Source of the DNA: Candidatus Micrarchaeota archaeon
Lineage (GTDB): Archaea > Micrarchaeota > Micrarchaeia > Norongarragalinales > JACRGE01
DNA: 58,210 nt
NCBI GenBank assembly: GCA_016212465.1
Contig: JACRGE010000017.1
Span: 1 to 58,210 of the forward strand
Reading direction: 5' to 3'
Below, piece after piece: positions 46,297 to 55,722 of this stretch (the stretch's first letter is position 1; every line of letters starts with the position of its first letter). Both the position numbers and the translations under genes were made by a program. Under the pieces are notes generated by a model. It did no database searches. It had not been told where the DNA came from and worked only from the letters and a program-made list of their open reading frames with translations.

Positions 46297-48480
46297 ATGA
46301 ATTTAACCAAGGTATTAAACTCAAGGAATCTTTTTGCAATTATTGCTGAGAATTACCCCCTCTTGCTGTTTTTTATTCTTTCGTTGTTGATAATGGACGG
46401 TCTTCTCTTGCCAGGGAACGTTTTATCCTTGGACATGTCGGGCCTAGAGTCAACAAACACGAGGCTTCAAGACACTTTTTATGGGATTAACGAGCATTGG
46501 AATAATGGATTCACCGTCAGTGCAGTTTTTGAAGTTGCGAAGCTTCCACTGTACCTTGTTATCAGCTTTTTTTTGTTGATTCTTCCCGCTTGGGTCATCC
46601 AGAAGGCGATACTGATTGCTATCCTCTTCGGTTCCGCAGTTTCAGCTTACTTGGCATGCCCAGCGGATAAGCCAGGTAAGACGTTTGCAGGAGTTCTTTA
46701 CATGATTAACCCCTTTTTGTACATCCGTTTCCTAGCCGGGCATTGGATGTTTCTTCTGGCCTATGCAATCGCTCCCCTTGCAGTGATGTCCTACTTTCGT
46801 TTCCTCGATAGTAAAAAAACTGTGCATGTGATTGAGTCTGCATTTTTAACGTTCTTAGTCGCGGTTTTTGAAATTCGTGTTTTCTTACTGTTGCTTTTTC
46901 TTTTTTTACTTTTCTTCTTTCTAAAAGTTTATGCCTCCAGAGACTGCAAAAAACTTCTGAGCGTATCTGCTGTTTTTACGCTGGTTTTCATGCTACTCAA
47001 TCTATTCTGGCTCGTTCCCTTGGCCACCAGTAATTTCGTGCCAGAAGTAGTTTCTTTAGCTGACACAATGCTTTTTGCAACCAAGCACTCAACTTTCAAT
47101 GTGCTTTTCAACGCTGCAGCCTTGCACGGCTTTTGGCGTGGTGGATACCTCCTACCATACAAGATGTTGCATACTTGGTTGTTCTTTGGTTTGTTTGCCG
47201 TCATACTCTATCTTGCAGTTAACGGTTTCGTCCACTATTACCGGAATGAAAAAATAGGAGTGCGGGTAAAGGCAGTTGCGATTGCTGGAATTGCGGCACT
47301 AGTTTTGGCAGTTGGAAGCACTGCCGAGCCATTCAAGTCCCTTTTCAGTTTTCTCTTTGAAAACATTTTTTTCTTCCGGGGTTTCCGAGAACCACACAAG
47401 TTTCTTGCACTCTTAGCATTTGCCTACTCTTTTCTCGGCGGACTGGGTTTAAACGCCTTGCAGCGACAACTGAGGGAAGTCCGGGCCTTTAGGTTCAAGG
47501 GCTTCAGTCTTTCCGGAAACAAGATTGCTTTAGTTTTGGGCATCTTTGCTTTGCTTGTGCCAATGGTTTATACTTTCACGATGTTCAACGGCTTCTGGGG
47601 TCAACTGGAAGGCGTCAATTATCCAAAAGATTATTACGCCCTTGAAAAATTCTTGAATGAAGACCCTAACGAGTTCAATACCCTCTTTTTCCCTTGGCAC
47701 ATGTATATGGACTTTAAATGGAACCCAAAGCAACGTATCGCAGCTCCCTTTGCTTCATTTTTCTCAAAGCCAGTTATTCAAGGAGACACGCTCGAAAGTG
47801 GCGGCATCTACTCCCAGTCAACCAATCCCACATCCAAATACATTGAATTCCTGTTGGCGAACAAGGGAAACAGAACGAACTTCGGCAACCTACTCTCCGT
47901 CATTAACGTAAAATACGTTGTTTTGGCAAAAGAAGCGGATTACCGGAGCTATTCTTTCTTGTACAACCAAACAGACCTCGAGCTTGTGAAAGAATCCTCG
48001 AATTTAATTGTGTTTAAGAATAAAGTGAAGACTGCAAAATTATATGCGTCAAACGAACTTCTGGAAATAAATGACTGGAAGGAACTGTTGGAATTAAGCA
48101 AGCAAACCCCGTTGAATACTCTAGCGTTTGAGCTAAACAAAACCAAAGCAGAAAAAAGCGCTTTAAACGCCACTTTTGTGACTGAAAACGCATTCAAATA
48201 CCTTAAATACGTGAAAAAAAGCCCCACAGAACTTCAATTGAATGAAATTCCCACGAAGAAATACGTTGTTTTCACCAGCAACTACGCGGAAAACTGGCGT
48301 CTGGACGGAGAAAAACCATTCAAAAACGCTGGAGTAACAAACGCTTTTGAAGTAAAAAACAGCATCAACGGCCTCAAGATAACGAATGAAGGGTTCAACT
48401 ACTACCTCATCGGCTATGGCATTTCGTTCATTACCTTAATAATCCTAGGAGTGTACTGGTGGAGGGAAAGAAAGAAATAA
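46297..48480 (+). CDS. Large polytopic GT-C-like membrane protein (paralog B)
   Basis: Same architecture as 38057-40297. Start at the ATG preceded by GGCGGTGGTGG; the track ORF begins at 46228. Confidence 0.55.
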   Translation: MNLTKVLNSRNLFAIIAENYPLLLFFILSLLIMDGLLLPGNVLSLDMSGLESTNTRLQDTFYGINEHWNNGFTVSAVFEVAKLPLYLVISFFLLILPAWVIQKAILIAILFGSAVSAYLACPADKPGKTFAGVLYMINPFLYIRFLAGHWMFLLAYAIAPLAVMSYFRFLDSKKTVHVIESAFLTFLVAVFEIRVFLLLLFLFLLFFFLKVYASRDCKKLLSVSAVFTLVFMLLNLFWLVPLATSNFVPEVVSLADTMLFATKHSTFNVLFNAAALHGFWRGGYLLPYKMLHTWLFFGLFAVILYLAVNGFVHYYRNEKIGVRVKAVAIAGIAALVLAVGSTAEPFKSLFSFLFENIFFFRGFREPHKFLALLAFAYSFLGGLGLNALQRQLREVRAFRFKGFSLSGNKIALVLGIFALLVPMVYTFTMFNGFWGQLEGVNYPKDYYALEKFLNEDPNEFNTLFFPWHMYMDFKWNPKQRIAAPFASFFSKPVIQGDTLESGGIYSQSTNPTSKYIEFLLANKGNRTNFGNLLSVINVKYVVLAKEADYRSYSFLYNQTDLELVKESSNLIVFKNKVKTAKLYASNELLEINDWKELLELSKQTPLNTLAFELNKTKAEKSALNATFVTENAFKYLKYVKKSPTELQLNEIPTKKYVVFTSNYAENWRLDGEKPFKNAGVTNAFEVKNSINGLKITNEGFNYYLIGYGISFITLIILGVYWWRERKK

Positions 48481-48712
48481 CCTGCTTTGAGCGTTCAGAG
48501 AACGAGCTTGACAAGGAGCTTTGCGCATTTCAGTTTTTGGTGTTGGTTTTTCTTCAAGAGTTGGTCAGCCAGAGTCATAAGATGCTGGACAAAACCTGCA
48601 AGGCTGAGTAAAGGCAAAGGTTTAAAAACTCTTTTCTTATAATCTAAAAAGAGAAATAAAAACAGTGGGCAGAGTTGATTGTAGTTGACTGTTATTGGGT
48701 GGAGGAGTATCC

Positions 48713-51568
48713 ATGATGTCTGTAAATGAATTTAAACAAAGGCTGGAGAAAAAGGGAAATCTGCTTTCTATATTTATTACGAGCCTAATAATTGCCATCC
48801 TGCTTTTTACTGTCCCAGCGCAAGCCTTCACCATGGGTACTCCAGTCGTCCAAGCTTCTGGCGTGAGCTTCGTCACCATCAGGATTCCGTTTACGAAAGT
48901 TACGGATGAAGTGATTGATTACAACAATGTGAGTGCGATCTTGTACGCAAGCGGTATTACCCCAGTCACTGGAACACTGCTTTCCTGTACTACTAACGGC
49001 ACTTCTGACTATTCTTATGGATACGATGTTTTTGGATACGGATACGGTTATGACTACGGGACGTTGAGTTATGGATATAATGAAGAAGGGGGGTATGGGT
49101 ACAGCTACGGCTATGGTTACCTACGTGATGTGTCTGGGACATTTGACTGCACCTTCAACTTCACTGGCCTGCCAGCCGGAACCTACTCCAACGCGCAAGT
49201 AGCTGGCTACATCAACGGCGTGTTGATTGACACGAAGACCGTTGATTCTGCATTCACTGTACTCCCAATCTCAGGCGACCCCACGATAAACTGGGTTTCT
49301 GTAGCGGAGCAGGATATCTTCTATTCGTTTGTGTCAGGCAACAACGTAATAAACCTGAGGGTTAACGCAACCAATGTAACTACAACTGACTGGGTTACCG
49401 CCAACTTCTCCGGCTTGAAAGCAGGATTGAGCTGTGACTCCAACCCCGCCAACGGGACGTTTAACCTCACTTACAACGTCTCCTTGAAACTGTATGTGGG
49501 TGCATGCGATGTCACTGCGGAAGCGGTCTCCAGCGACTTTGCAGGAGCACAGGTTCCAGTGACTATATACAAGTCCAGTGACCCAACCAAGACGGCAGTT
49601 GGTTCAAAGATACTCGTCCTCTACAACATGACCACGCCTCCGTCAGACCCGACGGGATGCCACGCCTTTGGAAGCGGAACCATCAACATGAGCACCGTCA
49701 CGGACTTCGGCAGCGTGAACCTTGTTCTATACCATCAACTGAACGGAAACTCAACGTGTGACCCCAATAATGAACTTCCTGGGGATGGACTAAGGAATGT
49801 AATGATGTGGAACTTCACTTCCGTGAACATGAGCACTTATGAACAGGCACAGAGAATGAGTACGCTGAGGACAGCAATTCAAGTGAACATCACCGGACCC
49901 GGAAAATACGGCAATTCAAGAATATATGTTAACGTGAGTGCATTCACGGCATTGGGTACGGCAACGAAGATCGCGATGTATAACCTGCCGTTCCAAACTG
50001 CGCCAAACATCGTGGCAGACAACTCCTCAAACGCCGTAACCAGCATCGTTTGGGCAAGCAACGGCTACGACTCTACGTTCGGGATGTGGACAGGCAACCT
50101 CTCATTCACAGTCAGCAACTTCTCAGGCTATAATATCACGGACAACATGACGCCCCTGGTCACATTCGTTTCGCCGGTGCAAGGCGCAACAGTCAACGAC
50201 ACGACTCCCAACATCAACATCACAATCAATGGGACTGGAACAACCGTAAGCGCGGTCTACATGTTCATCAACAGCATGTTAAATGCGACCTATTACTCCA
50301 ACGGCACTACTTCAAGTGGGTTCCAGTGCGCGAATGTTTCAACTGGCTCGGAAGCAATCTTCTGCAACTACACCGTCACTTCAGACTTGGGCAACAGCAC
50401 CACTCCAAAGAACTTGTCAGTAATCGCATACGATTACGGAACAACCGCGCCTGGAAACAAACAAGTTTCCTGGATTAACTTCACGGTGTTGCCTCCAGGC
50501 TATATGCTGTTGAACACAACTACTACAGTGAATTCAGCTCAGACTGAAGTCGTGGTAACATCTGACAGCGGCGCTGCCAGCGTAACTGTTCCAAGCGGAA
50601 TCAATGCCACCCTCAACCTGTCTGGCGTGCAAAACAACACGGCCTACGTGAACGCAACATTGACTAACGCACTCAATGTAAGCACTCAAGCAAGCGTAAA
50701 CGTTTCAATCCAATTCCCAGCAGGCTTGGTAATAAATTCCTCTCCAAGCTGGACTGGTGACATCAACCTGCCGCAGGTAATGGGGTCTGCTGCAGTTACT
50801 CCGGCGACACCCTCTGGATATACCTTGTCTGGTGTTGAAGCAATCGAACTTGGCTTCGGCAATGTGACGCTGAACTTCAGCAAAGGAGTAAGGGTATTGT
50901 TTACAGGAAAAGCCGGAAAGAGCCTTGGGTACAGCAGGAACGGCGTATTTACCGCTGTTTCAACAACCTGTGCCAACGATTCGCAGGTAGCAGGAGATGC
51001 GCTTTCAGCAGGAGGAGACTGCAAGATAGACGTGGGAAGCGACTTGGTGATGTGGACGAAGCACTTCACTGAATTCGTTACCTATACGCTTACCGCTCCA
51101 ATTACGGGCGGCACGCCATCAGTACCCACAGGCGGCGGCACGAACGCTACTACTACCACCATTCCTGTCACGAGCACGACTACTGGAAGGACAACCAGCA
51201 CAACAATTCGGGGAACAACCACCACCGCTGAAGTGACGCTCGGTGAAGCAACCGCAAAGATCAAGGAAGCAGAGACTCTGTTGGCTGACGCAAAGGCAGC
51301 AAACTTGGACACGAGCACTGCAGAAGCACTGTTGGCAGAGGCAAAGAGCTTGGCCAACGCAGGCAAGTACCGGGAAGCACTGGCGAAAGCAATTGAAGCG
51401 ATAAACAACTTGAAGAGCCTGATGGCTGGAGTGCCTTCGCCTTCACCAGAAGCAGGAGCAATCGCAGGCATGGATACAGTCATGTGGTTGATCGTAATCG
51501 TGGCAGTGCTGTTCATACTCGCAGGCTACTACCTCGTTTCCCAGAAAAAACCACGCCACAGGAGATAA
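48713..51568 (+). CDS. Surface (S-layer-like) glycoprotein with signal peptide and C-terminal membrane anchor
   Basis: Signal peptide ...LLFTVPAQA, about 44 N-x-S/T sequons (hand count), a Gly/Tyr repeat, a Thr-rich tract, an Ala/Lys/Glu helical segment, then a TM helix plus KKPRHRR. Strong RBS GGTGGAGG. Confidence 0.75.
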   Translation: MMSVNEFKQRLEKKGNLLSIFITSLIIAILLFTVPAQAFTMGTPVVQASGVSFVTIRIPFTKVTDEVIDYNNVSAILYASGITPVTGTLLSCTTNGTSDYSYGYDVFGYGYGYDYGTLSYGYNEEGGYGYSYGYGYLRDVSGTFDCTFNFTGLPAGTYSNAQVAGYINGVLIDTKTVDSAFTVLPISGDPTINWVSVAEQDIFYSFVSGNNVINLRVNATNVTTTDWVTANFSGLKAGLSCDSNPANGTFNLTYNVSLKLYVGACDVTAEAVSSDFAGAQVPVTIYKSSDPTKTAVGSKILVLYNMTTPPSDPTGCHAFGSGTINMSTVTDFGSVNLVLYHQLNGNSTCDPNNELPGDGLRNVMMWNFTSVNMSTYEQAQRMSTLRTAIQVNITGPGKYGNSRIYVNVSAFTALGTATKIAMYNLPFQTAPNIVADNSSNAVTSIVWASNGYDSTFGMWTGNLSFTVSNFSGYNITDNMTPLVTFVSPVQGATVNDTTPNINITINGTGTTVSAVYMFINSMLNATYYSNGTTSSGFQCANVSTGSEAIFCNYTVTSDLGNSTTPKNLSVIAYDYGTTAPGNKQVSWINFTVLPPGYMLLNTTTTVNSAQTEVVVTSDSGAASVTVPSGINATLNLSGVQNNTAYVNATLTNALNVSTQASVNVSIQFPAGLVINSSPSWTGDINLPQVMGSAAVTPATPSGYTLSGVEAIELGFGNVTLNFSKGVRVLFTGKAGKSLGYSRNGVFTAVSTTCANDSQVAGDALSAGGDCKIDVGSDLVMWTKHFTEFVTYTLTAPITGGTPSVPTGGGTNATTTTIPVTSTTTGRTTSTTIRGTTTTAEVTLGEATAKIKEAETLLADAKAANLDTSTAEALLAEAKSLANAGKYREALAKAIEAINNLKSLMAGVPSPSPEAGAIAGMDTVMWLIVIVAVLFILAGYYLVSQKKPRHRR

Positions 51569-51575
51569 AACTCCT

Positions 51576-51610
51576 TTCCCTTCTTTTTGTTTCTTTTTTA
51601 TCAACTTTTT
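51576..51610. terminator. Oligo-T/oligo-A tracts between convergent genes (archaeal-type terminator region)
   Basis: CTTTCCCTTCTTTTTGTTTCTTTTTTATCAACTTTTTCC lies immediately after the surface-protein stop and faces the GNAT gene end. Confidence 0.4.
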
Positions 51611-51620
51611 CCTTGACTTT

Positions 51621-52115
51621 CTATTGCTTGTTTTTTGTTTGAGATTTGTTGTCACCTGCCTTCGGGTTTTTTTCAACGAGGAGTATCCCTTTTCCATTGA
51701 TTTTCCTGTATAACCTGCCCCTCACCTTAAAGCCGTATCTGGCGTACAAGCGCAATGCAGCCTGGTTGTCTACGGCGACCAGCATGCACGCGCTCTTTTT
51801 CTTCCTTAGTTTAATGCACGCAAGGGCTTTCTTCAACAGCTTGGAGCCTATTCCATTGCTCCTGAACTCCTCCAAAACAGCTAACCCGAGTATTTTGGCA
51901 TAATCCTTTTTGAATTCAATGTCCACGAATCCAATCGTATGCCCTTTGTAGAGGGCGACGAAGTAAATAACGTTCTTTTTCTTAAGCCGCTTCAGGATGG
52001 CGTCCATGGAGAAATTTGTGTAAGGAAAATACCGGCGCGTCATGACTGTGATAGAGTAAAGCTGTTTCTGGGAAGCCCTGGTAATCCGCACGTCTTTGGC
52101 TGAAAACTCCTCCAT
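51621..52115 (-). CDS. GNAT-family N-acetyltransferase (RimI-like)
   Basis: ILGLAVLEEFRSNGIGSKLLKKAL (acetyl-CoA binding R/Q-x-x-G-x-G/A) and ALRLYARYGF. Confidence 0.75.
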   Translation of the reverse strand: MEEFSAKDVRITRASQKQLYSITVMTRRYFPYTNFSMDAILKRLKKKNVIYFVALYKGHTIGFVDIEFKKDYAKILGLAVLEEFRSNGIGSKLLKKALACIKLRKKKSACMLVAVDNQAALRLYARYGFKVRGRLYRKINGKGILLVEKNPKAGDNKSQTKNKQ

Positions 52116-52389
52116 TCTCTGAACACCTTTTGTTGCACAAGAAATTCAGTGCAGCCTGGTTTAAAGCTTTTTTTTATAGTCCCCCACATAAATAATGCGA
52201 CTTTTTTGGGAATCATTTTTGCTTACTCACTTTATAGGGATTTTTGTTTTCCTCGGCAAAAAATCTTTCTGTTTAAACCAAGCCTAGCACAAAGTGGTTT
52301 TTTAGTTGCAAAACTTTCTTGGCTCCTCTAGTTACTTCCCAGTTCCTCAAACTTGTGAAAAGACTGCAAAAAGGCATTCAACCCCCGGG

Positions 52390-52941
52390 TCAGCCTGTTA
52401 CTTCCGAGCCCTTCTTCCAATCGTCTTCAAATACTTGGAGAAAACGCTTTGCTAAGGAAATGCTTTCAACAAGCACCTCCGCTTCCCGGTTTTTCGTGAG
52501 AGCAGAGCGCGACCAGTTGATGCTGCCGACCAGAAGCTTCTTTCCGTCTAATACTGCGAACTTGGAGTGTGTGTAAGCGAATTCCCTTGAAGCCCACTTC
52601 ACCGAAATCCCGTGGGCCTTGAGGTAAGAAGCAGTTTGAATGTTGTAGTCAACGCGCGGCTCAAGCAACACCCGCACCTTCACCCCCTTCCCAGCGGCTT
52701 TAACAAGCGCCTGCTTCAACGCAAGAGAAGAGAACTCAAACAATTCTGCGTCAATCGATTCCCTTGCCGAGCCAAGTGCTTCAACCAACTCACGTTCGGC
52801 AGGCGGCGAGAAAATAGCAATAGCATTTTCGATGCAGGCTTGCTGATGGACTGTGGGAGACAGGAGGAGCGAACTTGCCCAACCAAGTGAAAGAACTAAC
52901 GCACCCATCAAAAAACCGGTTAAAAATTCCTTGAACCGCAT
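52390..52941 (-). CDS. Membrane-anchored PLD-family (Nuc-like) nuclease/phosphodiesterase
   Basis: Single exact HKD motif HSKFAVLDGKKLLVGSINWS. N-terminal hydrophobic anchor FLTGFLMGALVLSLGW. Start at the ATG after GGAAGTGAGG. Confidence 0.7.
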   Translation of the reverse strand: MRFKEFLTGFLMGALVLSLGWASSLLLSPTVHQQACIENAIAIFSPPAERELVEALGSARESIDAELFEFSSLALKQALVKAAGKGVKVRVLLEPRVDYNIQTASYLKAHGISVKWASREFAYTHSKFAVLDGKKLLVGSINWSRSALTKNREAEVLVESISLAKRFLQVFEDDWKKGSEVTG

Positions 52942-53120
52942 TCTCCTCACTTCCAAAATCTTTTGAAATAATAATCTATTAAATCCTTTTCTCAACAAAA
53001 GCCCAAGAAATCAAAAGATTAATATAATGTTTTTCTTTAATGACTTCGTTGGGCGCAGAATTCGTTTGCTAGGCTGGGTAGCAATCAAGGTTTCATTCAA
53101 TGCATTTGATGTGGTGAATA

Positions 53121-54011
53121 ATGATTGAGGGCTTGATTACGCCGAAAAAAGCGAGGTCCGCTCCTTGGAGCGTGGCCCTGCTTTCATTCATTTTCGTGAG
53201 CTTCGGCATAGGCATGTTCATGCTCTACCAGGGAATAGAGGGCGGAGTCGTAGTGCTCGCCATGCTTCCAGCCATTCCCTTGATCTGGTATCTGGTAATG
53301 GGCGAAGAAAAAATCGAAGCAGACGAGCTTGAAAAATATTATGGAACTTACTATGCCATCTTTCCAGAGCAAAGGCCGACGAGAAAAAACTATGCGTTCT
53401 TCACTTACCACAAGACGCTGTTGATCGTATTCAGTTTCTTCTTTCTCGGTGCAGTGATCGCTTACGCAATCTGGTTTGCATACCTGCCGGAGGATGCTGC
53501 GAAAAACCATTTCGCGAGCCAAATCACTGAACTTTGTTCAATCCGCAAGTCGACCGGCATGCCTTGGATTGACTGCAAGAGCTGGATGAGCGCCCACAAG
53601 CAAAAGGAGTCTGCTTACGTTTCATTCAAGGAAAACGAGTTCACGGCCATTTTGAAGAACAACCTCGGCGTTTTGGGCGCGATGTTCCTCTTCTCTCTCC
53701 TCTATGGAGTTGGAGCTATCTACCTCCTGCTCTGGAACGCTTCAATCATAGGGGTGTTTATTGGCTCTGTCGCGAGAGTGCAAGGCCTTCAGGGCCTGTT
53801 CCTGGGGTTCTTCAGCCTACTTTTCCACGGCGTGTTCGAGCTCGGCGCCTACTTTATCGCCAGCATAGCTGGCGGAATCTTTTCAGTTGCATTGATGAGA
53901 AGGCACTTCCTCAAAAGGGGCTTTGAGTACCTGCTCCTGGACATTCTTATACTCACTCTCATCGCCGTCTTCATGCTCGTCATAGGTGCCTTGATAGAGA
54001 GCTCTTACTAA
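53121..54011 (+). CDS. SpoIIM-like (DUF95) membrane protein
   Basis: The C-terminal half matches the DUF95 pattern: ILKNNLGVL...LLWNASIIG...FHGVFELGAYFIAS. Confidence 0.55.
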   Translation: MIEGLITPKKARSAPWSVALLSFIFVSFGIGMFMLYQGIEGGVVVLAMLPAIPLIWYLVMGEEKIEADELEKYYGTYYAIFPEQRPTRKNYAFFTYHKTLLIVFSFFFLGAVIAYAIWFAYLPEDAAKNHFASQITELCSIRKSTGMPWIDCKSWMSAHKQKESAYVSFKENEFTAILKNNLGVLGAMFLFSLLYGVGAIYLLLWNASIIGVFIGSVARVQGLQGLFLGFFSLLFHGVFELGAYFIASIAGGIFSVALMRRHFLKRGFEYLLLDILILTLIAVFMLVIGALIESSY

Positions 54012-54227
54012 CTTTTATTAAGTTCAGTGCCTTTCCCCGGCAATAGCTTTGCATATTTTTACAATATGTCTTTGGGTGCCAATTCAGCTCATTTAAATTA
54101 AATACTGGTTTTTTTGCTTCATTTTACGAAATTTGAACCAAAAAATTCAGAAAGAGTTTGAAACCAATTTTTGTGCAAAGCCCCCTGCAACGACGTTTTT
54201 AAATCCTTTTCTCCACTCATTCATTAC

Positions 54228-54842
54228 ATGAGGATTCACGAGCTCTCCCACAGGGTTTACGAGGGAACCCCCGTTTTTCCAGGCGATTCTCTCACGAGAA
54301 TAGAGGGAGCTTGCTCAATTGGAAGAGAAGGATTTAGTACATCCAGGATAACCGTTTCAAGCCATGCTGGAACCCATGTGGAGACTCCCTTCCATTTCTT
54401 TCCAGAAGGCAAGAGGCTTGATGAACTCCCCGTAGATGCTTTTTTCGGCAACGCCTACGTATTCGACGTGCGCGGGGAAAACCAAGTCAAACTAAAGCAC
54501 CTGGACTTCGCGTTGTTCAACAAGGCAGAGATCGCCTTGTTTTTCACTGGCCATTCAAGACTCTTCGGTGAAGCCGCTTACTTCGAGGACTGGCCTTTCC
54601 TCTCAGAAGAATTGGTTGAGCTCTTGCCACCCAAGCTCAAGATAGTGGGAACCGATGCGCCAAGCGTGGACAAAAAAAACTCCTGCGAAATCCACAAAAA
54701 GCTTTTGGAGAAAGGGATTCTTGTAGTAGAGAATCTCACTGGACTCGAGCGCATTGCGGAAAAAAACGTGAAATTCTATGCGATTCCGTTGAAGATTTCA
54801 GCGGAAGCGTTTTCAGTGCGTGCTTTTGCAATAGAGGAGTGA
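54228..54842 (+). CDS. Cyclase-family protein (kynurenine formamidase-like)
   Basis: SSHAGTHVETPFHF is a variant of the HxGTHxDxPxH motif. About 200 aa. Confidence 0.65.
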   Translation: MRIHELSHRVYEGTPVFPGDSLTRIEGACSIGREGFSTSRITVSSHAGTHVETPFHFFPEGKRLDELPVDAFFGNAYVFDVRGENQVKLKHLDFALFNKAEIALFFTGHSRLFGEAAYFEDWPFLSEELVELLPPKLKIVGTDAPSVDKKNSCEIHKKLLEKGILVVENLTGLERIAEKNVKFYAIPLKISAEAFSVRAFAIEE

Positions 54843-54897
54843 CTGCAATTTTTATTTCTTCGTCCCGGGCGTCTGGCGTCGCTTCAAAATAAGGTAA

Positions 54898-55284
54898 TCA
54901 ATCCACTAGCTCGAACTGGATTTCTTCTCCTTTTTGGTTGAATGCCTTAACGTCCTCTATTCCATAGGGTGCGCCTGCAATAAAGTGGACTCTTCCCTTT
55001 CTCGAAAAAAACTCAAGGTCGCCTTTTGACGGGTGGTTGGAGGAAGAGGGATGAGAGTGAAATGTTCCAGTTATGGATGGGTCGAGCGGCAGGTGGAAGT
55101 CCGAGAAGGAGGAAAATCCGGCACCGTATTCGCTGAACGGCGCTATGATGAGCTCCCTGAGGATTCCGTCCTCTTCCCTGAACAAGCCAACAAATTCGTT
55201 TGGATACACGCTTTTCGCGCTTTCAAGCGCACTCAGCAAAGCCCTCTTCTTTATCCTCACGGTTTCACTTGCCAAAAACGACAC
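54898..55284 (-). CDS. JAMM/MPN+ metalloprotease
   Basis: PNEFVGL (Glu) plus HSHPSSSNHPSKGD, an exact HxH-x7-S-xx-D JAMM motif. GTG start. Confidence 0.75.
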   Translation of the reverse strand: MSFLASETVRIKKRALLSALESAKSVYPNEFVGLFREEDGILRELIIAPFSEYGAGFSSFSDFHLPLDPSITGTFHSHPSSSNHPSKGDLEFFSRKGRVHFIAGAPYGIEDVKAFNQKGEEIQFELVD

Positions 55285-55424
55285 CTGATAACGTTATGAA
55301 AAGCAGAAGAAAATTCTGTTGTTAAGCGGTTTTTTTGTCCAAACTCATGTTATCAATAGTCTAGCCGAACAGTATTCCATCAAAATTCTGAAAAACACGG
55401 GTTGTCAACCAGCACAACACAAGC

Positions 55425-55601
55425 TTATTTTTCTTCACCAGTTCTCTGCATGAGCTTGGCGAAGACCCAGAAGAAGGAGATTATCACAACCGCAACCGCG
55501 CAGATCACTAGAATCTCCTGGGAGGTTATGACCTGCTTTGAACCAGGCGAAGCAGTTGCATTCGCTTCAGCAACCGCTTGGAAAATGCATCTTCCAACCA
55601 T
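55425..55601 (-). CDS. Possible 58-aa single-pass membrane protein (below the ORF-track cutoff)
   Basis: My own translation: MVGRCIFQAVAEANATASPGSKQVITSQEILVICAVAVVIISFFWVFAKLMQRTGEEK. Clear TM helix. The opposite-strand track ORF 55402-55617 looks less protein-like. Confidence 0.35.
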   Translation of the reverse strand: MVGRCIFQAVAEANATASPGSKQVITSQEILVICAVAVVIISFFWVFAKLMQRTGEEK

Positions 55602-55722
55602 GCTCTCACGTTCTTGAATCAGAACTCAAGTTTCAAGGCATTGCGCCTAAGGCGCTTCCTCACTCATATGGTTCATCACTTAATAAAATACGTTGACTGT
55701 GTTTAAATAGCGTTTCCTGGTT

